Positions 10,716 to 20,459 of a stretch of 64,000 nucleotides of DNA are shown piece after piece. Origin of the DNA: Thecamonas trahens ATCC 50062 (taxonomy: Eukaryota > Protista > Apusomonadida). The stretch's first letter is position 1, and each line of letters starts with the position of its first letter. Made by a program: the position numbers and the translations under genes. Under the pieces are notes generated by a model. That model was not told where the DNA came from, ran no database searches, and was given only the letters and a program-made list of their open reading frames with translations. The stretch is from contig NW_013657676.1 of the NCBI RefSeq assembly GCF_000142905.1, positions 496,001-560,000 of the forward strand, in the 5' to 3' direction.

Positions 10716-11757
10716 GGCTGGCAAGGGAAAGACCAAGAAGAGCAAGATGCCCGTCTCGCGTTCGGTGCGCGCCGGCCTTCAGGTACGTTTTGTCGGCCCC
10801 AAGGGGGCCTTGCGCTGAAGCGCAAATGATTTTTTGGCGCCCTTTTCGCCCGCTTCGCGCGTTTTTGTGCCCTGCCGCCAACCGCCAATTCGGTGTTCCT
10901 TGCACCGCCGCCCCCGCCCGTCCACTGCCGCCCGCTCGCCCCCATGCTCCAGCCGTGTGTGTTCTGTGCATGTCCTGGGTAGGGCCCAAGGAGGATGTGG
11001 TGTTCGGGCAGTGTGCTACCGCAGGTGCTTTGTCGCTTTTGGTCCTATCTTTGCCACTGCGCCCGCATGGCCATGCCCACCCGCACTTGCCGTGTTGCTG
11101 CCTCTCCAACTACAACCCCACCCCCCACCCCCCTCTACCCTCCCCTCCCTCTACCCTTGCTACTCACCTTGCTGCCACCTACTCCAACGCCTCCTTGTCT
11201 CCTACACTCTACAGTTCCCTGTGGGTCGGTACGTTCAACCACCTTGCCTCCCTTCCTCCCCCAGCACTCTCGCCCCCCCCCCCCCGACTCTCCCCCGACT
11301 CTCCCCTCGACCGCTACCACTCACGGACGTTTCCCCCATCTTTCTGTGACTCTAGTATCCACACGTTCCTCAAGAAGCGGACGACTTCGACCGGCCGTGT
11401 CGGTGCGACTGCTGCCGTGTACATGGCTGCCGTGCTGGAGTACCTCACCGCCGAGGTGCTCGAGCTTGCCGGTAACGCCGCCAAGGATCTCAAGGTCAAG
11501 CGTGTGACTCCGCGTCACCTCCAGCTCGCCATCCGTGGTGACGAGGAGCTCGACGTGCTCATCAAGGCCACCATTGCCGGCGGTGGTGTCATTCCGTACA
11601 TCCACTCGTCGCTCTTCGCCAAGAAGAAGAAGAAGGTACGTCCTCCCGTGATCCCCCCCTTGCGTACTCCCTTACCTGACTCCTGACTCGAACCCCCCGC
11701 CGTTCTCCCCCGCTACTCACCCTCTGCTTGCCCTTCTTGCTCCCGCCTCTGTAGTAA
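10716..11757 (+). CDS. H2AZ: histone H2A.Z variant, multi-exon (10716-10782, 11215-11228, 11356-11635, probably 11755-11757); first exon not located
   Basis: Spliced product [22 protein letters not shown]|FPVGR|[99 protein letters not shown] and [13 protein letters not shown] are H2A.Z signatures. GTACG donors and YAG acceptors are phase-compatible. Confidence 0.93.
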
Positions 11758-12010
11758 TCGTGATGCCCCTCCGCCTCGAGCTCCTCGGCTTTCTCCCGAG
11801 CAGCTATCGCCCCATGCTTCACCTCGTAGCGGTCCTTGCATCTGTGGACAGATGCTGGTGCTCCTCCGTTGCGATTTTACGCGCCTGCTAAATGACCATG
11901 TCTCCATCGATCTCCCGCCACGGCCCCTCCCCCTGCCAGACTGCTGGACAGCACATGCTAGCCAGCCTCGTCGTCCTCCCACACTCTCACACCCAACTCT
12001 CCTCCCCACC

Positions 12011-13560
12011 ATGGCCACCCAGCTACCCCACCCAGACCACCCTCCCACAGACCCTGACCCGCCGGGTGCGTTCCTAGCCGAGGTCGTGCCCATGGCAACT
12101 GGTCTGGACCCAGCGTCGTCCGCGGCTGTCGACGCCCGCCTCCGTGCCTGCCTCGACTACTGCCGCACTCGCCTGCACAACGAGCTCGCCCGCATCGAGG
12201 CTGAGCGCTACGGTCTGCACACAGAAGTGCTGGAGGCGCAGCAGGCCCAGCTCAAGCTCGACCGCTTCCGTGCTGCTCTGGATGCGTCGAACGCTGCGCT
12301 CGCTCGCGCCAACGCACAGCTCGCCGGCCGTGACGACACCATAGCTGCTCTCTCCACCACTATCGCTGCGCTCGAGGCCCAGAACGCGAGCCTGGCTGCA
12401 GAGTTAGAAAAGCACCCCGGCGAGCGGGGCCCATGGCTGGCAGACGGCGAGGAGCGGGAGAAAAACCTCGATCGCGGCGACCAAATCCGTGTCCAGCGCC
12501 ACCAGCTGGCGGTCCAGGCCGAAAAAGGCGCCGCCCAGACCGAGCGAGCGTTGATGCTGGAGGACGAGTTGACGCTGGCCAAAAACGAGATTGCTCGCGG
12601 CAGGGATGAGGTCGCGCACGCCGTGGCGCGCGTCCAAAGCCTCGAGTCGGTTGTTGCGGCACGCGACGAGCTCGTTGAACAGCTCCGCGCTCAAACGCTG
12701 TCCTGCGCGAGCAGTGGAACGACTCGGAACGTGAGGTCACCCGGTTGATGAAGCAGCTGCAGGCCCGCAAAGCCATCATCCAGGCTCATGCGCTACCGGA
12801 CCCGGCACCGACCCCTGCGGCGCGGTCAGTACGCCAGGCCGCGTTTCCGAGCCGGCCCGATCCGCCCACTCTCGATGCAAGGTCGGCCAAGCTTGAGGCG
12901 TCTCCCTCTGTTCCGGCTCCTGATACAACTTCCGTCACTGAGCCGAAGCAGCAGCCGAAGAGGCAGCCGCGGCAGCCGCGGCCGCGTCGGACCCCGCTCC
13001 GTCTCGGCGGAAGCATGCGGCAGGACGCACAGGACCGGGCGCGGGGCCCTGCGGCTCAGTCAATCCGTGTCCAGTCGCGACCGGCGTCGTCCAAGAGGAC
13101 CCCTGTCAAGTCAGCGCTGAACCCTCGCCCTGCGCGCCAGCCGCCGCAGTACGCCAAGACGCCGGATAGTATTCCACAGCTTACCATTGACGGGGCGGCA
13201 GGATCGGACCTCGGGCCAGTCCGTCTCGAAGGACCGTCGTCATCGGCTGCTGTCTTTGCTGCGCTCAACTCGCCGTCGAACGCCACTCCGAGCCGCACTG
13301 TGCGGTCGACGGCGCCGTCGGCGCCCGAGGACGTCCGTACCACACGTCTGGAGGACGCGCCGTCGGCGCCGGTCCCGTTCCACCACACTTTGCCCACGGC
13401 TCCGCTGGCAGAAGCTGAAGCTTGTGAGTACGGTGGCCAGTGGGGCGGCGGCGCTACAAGTCTCAGCGGCCCGGCAGGGATTGCTGGTTCTCGGTCTGGC
13501 TTTCGCATGCATCTCCGGCCGATGGACGAGCTCATCGCTACACCTGGGAACACCTTCTAG
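12011..13560 (+). CDS. coiled-coil protein with P/S/R-rich tail (probable frameshift ~12695)
   Basis: ORFs 11852-12748 and 12745-13560 join if one A is added at gctcaaacg, giving AQNAVLREQWNDSEREVTRLMKQL. Confidence 0.6.
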
Positions 13561-13562
13561 CT

Positions 13563-14585
13563 TTACGGCACAGTAACCACCACGTTGGCACCGTTGAGGG
13601 TCCGAATCGGCGTGGGTCCCGCTGATGGCGGGCCAAGCGTCTGAAGGTTGGGCGAGGGCGACGAGCCGAACAGCAGCCGTCGCGCAAGGACCGACCGCGA
13701 GCGGGCTGTCTGGTTGTCGCCGACAAGCAGAGCCTTGTGCTCGGTGAGCGGTGGAGCTGTGGCTTTGCCGCAGCACACCATCTCATTGCGGACGATAGGG
13801 ATAGCGAAGAAGACACACGCATCAAAGAAGCCCTGTAGCGGGTCTGTGATGGCCTGCGCCAGCGCAGCCGCAAAGGACGTGTGGCCAGTCAGCTCAAGCA
13901 GCCTGTTCACCATCGCCGCCGTCCAGCACACAAAGAACAGAGCAATGAGGACCGAGATGCGGAGGTAGAGCTTGCGGAGGCGCATCGCAAACAGACTCGG
14001 TGCAGCATCAGTGGCGCGACGCCGGTTGCCGGTGACAACAAGCGTGCCGCGGACAAGGACAAGGACTAGCAGCGGAAACGAGAGCATGAGGCAGAGGTAG
14101 AAGGCAAGGCGGAAGCCGGGAGCGCTGGCCTCGATCCAGCACCAGACACCAGCCGGACCGTAGTGTGCCACAGGCGCTAGCGACATGATCAGAGCAAACG
14201 GCCAGATGATCAAGTGGTAGAGCACAAAGTATCGAGAGTAGTCGAGATCAACGTGGGCGAGGACGGCGTAGAGATTGTGGGAGACGGCCAGGGTCCAGCC
14301 CATGGCCGCCAAGTTTGAAAACTGGATGAAAAAGCCCTGGACCGAGCAGAGCGGGCCTGATCGTGGTGGAACAAGCGCCGCACCCACAGCCGTCACTCCG
14401 CGAAGCACATCACAGACGGCGAGCCAGACGAGGACCACTAGAGGCCTACCGAATTGCCGCAGCCGTCGCACGCTGACAAACGTCGCCACCGTAGTCGTCG
14501 CGCCCGCAAGCGTGAGTAAGCCCGAACAGAGAATAGCCCACCGCATGACCCTGCTTTCGTCATCCGTATACTTGGCCTCCTTCAT
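13563..14585 (-). CDS. 7TM GPCR, cAMP-receptor-like (Dictyostelium CAR/GCR1 family)
   Basis: Seven hydrophobic segments with LVWLAVCD, LCSVQGFFIQF, WTLAVSHNLY, YGPAGVWCWI and PLQGFFDACVF. Confidence 0.88.
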   Translation of the reverse strand: MKEAKYTDDESRVMRWAILCSGLLTLAGATTTVATFVSVRRLRQFGRPLVVLVWLAVCDVLRGVTAVGAALVPPRSGPLCSVQGFFIQFSNLAAMGWTLAVSHNLYAVLAHVDLDYSRYFVLYHLIIWPFALIMSLAPVAHYGPAGVWCWIEASAPGFRLAFYLCLMLSFPLLVLVLVRGTLVVTGNRRRATDAAPSLFAMRLRKLYLRISVLIALFFVCWTAAMVNRLLELTGHTSFAAALAQAITDPLQGFFDACVFFAIPIVRNEMVCCGKATAPPLTEHKALLVGDNQTARSRSVLARRLLFGSSPSPNLQTLGPPSAGPTPIRTLNGANVVVTVP

Positions 14586-15077
14586 CCCCTACTCGGCTCC
14601 ACCTGCGGCGCCTTGTCTGGCTGGCGGCGTCAGGTGCGGCCAGGCACACGCGCAGCGACGGCCAACTCGTCGGATGGCCATCCTGGCTCTGATGGTGGAC
14701 ATCGTTGAGCCGTGACAGAGGCCAGCAATCGCATCGCTGCTGTTTGTAGTAGCGTACCTGGTATGGTCTCCCAGCGCAATGGATGAGTCAAAGCTGCCGA
14801 GTGTGCGTGCGTTAGTGGGCTGGGCCACAACAGGTGCGAGCGACACTTCGATGGCCATCGTTGAGCCGTGCCAGAGGACCGCATCGCCATTGCTTGCGGC
14901 AGCGTACTTGGTAGAGACCACATCACCCCGCCAACCAGTGCTAGCATCGCTTCCAGCTTCCATCGCCTCTGGCTTCCATACGGCTTCCATCGAGTCGGTT
15001 GAGCGAGGTCACGCCAGACCCTCGGCCACAGGCAAGGGAAGGAGCATTGCCACGTCTCGACGGCGACACACAACTCT

Positions 15078-16217
15078 GTGACTCGCATTGTGCGACGGCA
15101 GACGATGGGCTCGTGCGAGGTAGGCGCGGCCTCGCGGCGTGTGCTGTCGTTTGCGGTGGACTCGGGCATGTTTGCATCCAAGGAGACCAATCATCGGACG
15201 GTGGACGATGCTGGGAGGACGTCGTGCGGAATGGTGCCTCGACTGATGATGGCAGCTCTGCTTGCTTGCCCTGATGTCATTTGCAGGGTTGTCGTCTGTG
15301 ATCTTGTGGTGGAGGAGGTTCAGAACTGGGAAGGCAATCCGGATCCGTTTGTCCAGGATGCTGATGAACTCGCTCGTCTCATGGTGGCTCATCCGCCGCC
15401 GGATGGCCTCCCGCTGCCGAGTGCTGACGAGGAGTTGGACAATGTGGCCGGGACCCAGCTGATGCAGAGCCATGGCGCGACAGTTATTCAAGTGGTTCCA
15501 TCAGTCTCGCTCGATGGGCTGCACGCACGCGCCGACGCCGTTCGCGCTGCACACAGCCACGAGTGGACCCAGCGACAGCAGCGGATCCTCTACACCAACG
15601 GCGCGTTTTGCGCCAACGATGCCCGCATCGTCGAGACTGCACACTCGCTAAACCTCCCGCTCCTCACCATCAACAAGCGGATGACAACTCAGACCAATCC
15701 CGGCCGCAACGCGTTGCGCTGGCATCTGTGGCAAGACAAGCCCCGACCGCTGCGTCTAGTTGTCCTTGACAACCAGCACATCGATAGCGTGCCTGCCCTG
15801 GTGACTGCGCTTGTCGCCGCTGGCGCTGCCGGTCCCGCCGCCGCCGCGTCGCTGTTGCCTCTCCCGGATCCCACCGACTATGTCCGCTCACTCCGGGCGA
15901 GCCGGGCCGATGCCAAAACCTACGCCGACGTACATTTACTCACCACCGCCAATGCTGAGCTTCTTGCTCAAGCTCGTGCTGCCGCCACCGCGGACTTATT
16001 GGATGCAATCATCGGCAACTTGCCAGAGGCCGCGCGCTCGCTGCGATCGACCCGCACTGTGCTGCACACCTTTACCGACACCGCTCTCGCCGCCGTGCCC
16101 GGCCTGGCGCCGCAGGCCTCACTCCAACGGATCCTTGGCCCTGATCAGGCCCGGCTTCTCATCAAGCAGCTCATCGATGTTCTCCGTCTCGCCGTCGTCG
16201 CCGCTCTCCGCGATTGA
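15078..16217 (+). CDS. putative PIN-fold protein
   Basis: FAVDSGMF...VVVCDLVVEEV...ANDARIVETA...LPLLTINKRM follows the PIN motif order. Start uncertain. Confidence 0.5.
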   Translation: MTRIVRRQTMGSCEVGAASRRVLSFAVDSGMFASKETNHRTVDDAGRTSCGMVPRLMMAALLACPDVICRVVVCDLVVEEVQNWEGNPDPFVQDADELARLMVAHPPPDGLPLPSADEELDNVAGTQLMQSHGATVIQVVPSVSLDGLHARADAVRAAHSHEWTQRQQRILYTNGAFCANDARIVETAHSLNLPLLTINKRMTTQTNPGRNALRWHLWQDKPRPLRLVVLDNQHIDSVPALVTALVAAGAAGPAAAASLLPLPDPTDYVRSLRASRADAKTYADVHLLTTANAELLAQARAAATADLLDAIIGNLPEAARSLRSTRTVLHTFTDTALAAVPGLAPQASLQRILGPDQARLLIKQLIDVLRLAVVAALRD

Positions 16218-16529
16218 GATGATCGCACGACGGCCAAGCGACAGCATCGTCATGGAGTAAAGGACTGGATGCGATGGAAGCAAGTACGGAGATGTGGGAG
16301 TAAGATAAGAGTCCTGCTCAGACCAAGCCTTGGCGAGGAGCCTGGTGTGTGTGTGTGGTGGGGCGTGGTGTGAGATGCCAGACAACACTTCTCGCGAGTC
16401 ACCATTCATTGATGCTCGTGGTGGTGCTCGTTGCGCTATGGGGCGTGATGGTGGCCATGCTGATTGTCCTCATCCTGGCCATTCTAGTGTGTGGCTGGGG
16501 TGGTGACCAGAAGGAGAATGAGCCACCCA

Positions 16530-18407
16530 AGATGGCTACTCTCTTCCGCTACTGGCGGTATGTTACATCTGCCCACCCTTGCCTATCCCTTGCCCCCTCT
16601 TCCCGCCCACGCCCTTGCCCTTTGGTGCCTCGCCCGCCTCCCCCCCCCACGCTCTGCGCTCCGAGCATCTTTACACCTCCGTATTTCCCTATTTCCACCC
16701 TCCATGATGACCACAGTCAGCAAGCACATACAACACACATCCTACCCCATTCTCCTTAACTTTCATCTCCACAACCTCTTCCTACATTCCAAACCAGGCC
16801 TTGAAGGCCCTTTGCGGAAGCCGATGAAGCCCATGAATGGCGCAAAGTTGTTCGTTCGGTTCGTTCGTTTGTTGTTACTAGACTCATCGCATCAACTCTG
16901 GTCCGCGCACGAAATGGCTGGGCGACTGGGCGACTGGGCGGCTGGGCGGCTGGGCGGCTGGGCGGCTGTGTGATCATGGTGTGTGTGTATGTGTGTGTGC
17001 GTGTGTGTGATGCTTGTGCAATGGCGTGACTGCGACTGCGTGCGTGGCGTGGGCGTGGCGGCGTGGCGGGACGACTGTGTGATCATCGGGGGGGGGGGGG
17101 GGGGGGGGGGCTGATGCCGCTGCTTCTACTACAGGCATGAACAGTACGTTGATCTGAAGGGTGGAAGTGGGGCGCTGGTGTGGTGTGTGGATGTGTGTGG
17201 ATGTGTGTGGAGGGTGGGGTTAGGACTCATGATGATGGTGTCTGCGGATTGGTGTGCTTTTGTGTGTGAGTGCAGCCTTGTTCTCTCGATCATTTGGTCG
17301 GGACGGATCATCAAGTACTACGATGGACACTACATGAATCGCAAGCGGCGGATTGTGCTGTTCATTGATGTCTTTCTGCTCAACTTTATCGTGGCAGGAA
17401 TTGTTTTTGCCTCGTCGCAGCCTGCCGATGTCTCTGTCGACTGCACGCTGTTGCACTACTGCAACACCGAGTGCGCCGGGTGCGCGACGTCTCAGTTCCG
17501 GGTCGGGCATGATAGCAATACGGTCAACTACGAGTTTCCGTATGCCGACTCTGTGGCGTACCGCAACTGCTCGCGCCCGGGCAGTACCTCGCCTTGCTTC
17601 CCGTACTGCAACTCGGCGCGGCGCGGACAGTTTGTGGTGGACACGCGGCTCCGGTGCCGCAACACACCTGTGGCGCGGCAGCAAGATCTGCTGTGCCTCA
17701 AGCCCGAGGCCGTGCCCGAGTGCACCGACAAGGGCACGGATGTGTCTGTTGGTGGTGTGTCTGCCACGCTCCCGACCGAGCTTGACATGCAGGAGGTTGT
17801 GCTCCGGGTTGTGCTCACCATTGCCATTGTCTTCCCGGCCTCGTTCCTGCTCAAGTCGCTGATGCGGTGCACATATCGGTCCAAGGGCTGCTGCGCGTGC
17901 GCGAAAAAGTCGCTCGGTACCATTCTCATTCTAGCCATTCTTGCCGCCGCCGCCATTGTCGCCTACATCCTCATCTCGACGCTGCAGGACGGCGAGCTGT
18001 TTGGAACGGTCACGGCCTCGTTCCTCGTCGCCTTTCTTGCCGGGCTTGTCCTCGACTTTCCCAAGCTCGCCTTTATCTACTACTTCTTCCGCCGCAAGAA
18101 GTACGCCGAGCGGTTCATCAAGTGCTACAACATCTATCTCCGCATCCAGCAGGCCAAGATGCGCAAGGCCAAGAAGGCTGCCAGCAAGCACGTCAAGTCT
18201 TCGTCGCGCAAGGCCGGCCAGGCGCCGGTCCTCAAGTCGTCGTCGCGCCGCGGAAGCCGGAGCAAGAGCCGCCCGGTGAGCCGAAGCAAGAGCAGCAAGG
18301 GCCGGAGCAGCAGGAGTCGCGGCTCGTCCTCGCGTCGCGGCTCGTCGTCGCGTCGTGGCGCCGGCGGCCGTGCGTCCAAGAAGTCTCGGCGGACAAACCG
18401 GATCTAA
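16530..18407 (+). CDS. multi-pass membrane protein with Cys-rich loop and basic Ser/Arg tail; multi-exon 5' end uncertain
   Basis: Long terminal exon from ~17276 with 4 TM segments, a Cys-rich loop and an SRRGS-rich C-terminus. Short upstream exons are suggested by GT/AG sites and low-complexity introns. Confidence 0.6.
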
Positions 18408-18491
18408 TGACTGGACCAGGCTGCCGTTGGTTTGCACATGGGCATGCACACTTTTGCATCGCTTGGTCTTATAGTTTAGCGGCGGGTATGG

Positions 18492-20410
18492 CTACTCGTA
18501 CTGGGTGGGATAGTACTTGACCGGCCCGTCCTTGTGGCAGCACCAGACGGAGGCGACGCGGCGGGCAATGTCCTTCCACTTCTCATTAAAGTACTTCTCG
18601 TCGGCCATGCCCGAGACGGCGCGCGACATGGGCGAGATGTGGATGATGCGGTAGTCTGCGTAGTCGGGCGAGTTGAGCTTCTCAGCCCACCAGGTGTCGA
18701 GATGGGCCTCCTCGAGCCACTCCTCGGGCGTCTCCGGGTTGGAGATGGCGGTGGCCTCCTCGCATGACGGGCCGTCGTTGCCGCCGCAAAAGTAAAAGTG
18801 GAACCGCGAGTTGGTGACTGAGCCCGGGACCCGCGGGTCGATGAGGAACGACGACTCACGAAAGTCAACGATGCCGAGTTCGTCAAAGTGCTGCGGATTG
18901 AGGACGTGGTCGAGTGGGCACACAAACGGGAGCTGGAAGCCCTCGGAGTTCGAGACTCGGCACTTTGTCATAAAGTACCAGAACTTGTCGCACCCGCACC
19001 AGAGCTGCGGAACGACGAGGATGCGGTCGGTGAGCCGCGCAATCATGGCAGCGTCGAGGAACTGCTTGACCTGCCACTTGCCGAGCTCCATCTGGTCCGT
19101 CGGGATGGCTTCGCGCGGAGTATCGGACCCATCGCGGAGCCACTTGGCAGGAAGGTCAAAGTCAAAGGTAAGGAACTTGCCGTCGGCGTAGTACGCGACG
19201 TCGTCCGAGAAAAGCATGGTCTCGCGCAGGCGGTGCCGCTTGCCAAAGTCGCCGCCAAAGACGTGAGTGACGTGCGCCATAAACGGCGTCACACCCAGCC
19301 GCTGTGGCATCTTCTGCACAAAGTACGTGTGCCCGTTGCAGAAGAGGAGCGTGGGTAGGGTGCCGACTCGGAGCTTGCTGTGCCAGGCGTGGAAGATGCG
19401 CGTGCCCGGAACAAGCTTCATGCCCTCGTAGCCCTCGGCCATGAGGATGTTGATGGCCGGCTGGTCGCGAAGGTTCTCGTCGGCCTTGAGGCGGACCACA
19501 AGCTCGTCAAAGAAAGCAAAAGCACGCTCAGTCGGACGGACGTAGACAAAGCCACAGTTAAACTCGGGCTTACCCGGCTGCGGCAGTTCGAGGCCGCCGT
19601 CAAACGTCGTCGTGTCGAGGTTGTCGGTCGAGATGAGCACGTCGGCCTGCCGCGAGTGGTAGTACAGATACGGCAGCGGGTTGCGGAGGTACGCGAGGTC
19701 GTCGTCGGTGACCAGGAGCTCAAAGCCCCACTTGATGATCTTGCCAATCGTCACGTACTTTGCCCGCATGAGCCGGACAAACTCGGTCGAGCCCCAGCCG
19801 AGGCCCTCCTCGGCCACCTTTTCGTCGGTTCGGACGCGAACAACGTAGATGCCACGCTCAATGAGGTACTCCATCAGCTTGTCGTCAAAGGCGCCGATGA
19901 CGTAGTTGGTGATGTGCAGCCTGGCCATGTTGCGGACGTACGAGACGATGAACAGCCGATGCTGGTAGTTGGCAAAGGTGACAATGATCTGGTTGTTCAC
20001 CGCCACCCGCTCAAACGCCTCCTTGGTCAGCTCAGGCCGATCGCCGGGCTTGAGAATACCCTTGGCTCCAAGCGCTCCCACCTGTTGCGACTCCTTGAGG
20101 TGTTGATGCTGATGGTCGACGGTGACAATGGTTCCCTGTCCGTGGGCACCGACCTCATGGGTATCATCATCTCCATGATCATGTTTTGCCCCATGATCAC
20201 CATCACTATGGTCATGCCCATGCCCATGCCCATGCCCATGCTCATTCCCAAGACTATCGTCTCCCGTCGCTGTCCCTGCAAAGGCCAACGTCGCCCTCCC
20301 TGCCCCACTCTTTCCCCCTCCCGTGAGGACCAGACCAGGAGCAGGACCACCGCCCAACATGCCATGTTGGCCAAAAGCAGCACCTTGCCCATGTTGTTGT
20401 TCAACCGCAT
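18492..20410 (-). CDS. GT77 nucleotide-diphospho-sugar transferase, XEG113-like (type II membrane)
   Basis: LGWGSTEFVRLMRAK, ELLVTDDDLAYLRNP (DxD), TLPTLLFCNGHTYFVQ, GKRHRLRETMLFSDD..YY and PFVCPLDHV. The signal-anchor (MGKVLLLANMACWAVVLLLVW) is in a neighbouring frame, repaired by one extra G at ~20315. Confidence 0.85.
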
Positions 20411-20459
20411 GGTGTCACTGTCTAGCTGTGTGAAGTGGTTGCCACACACACACACACAC

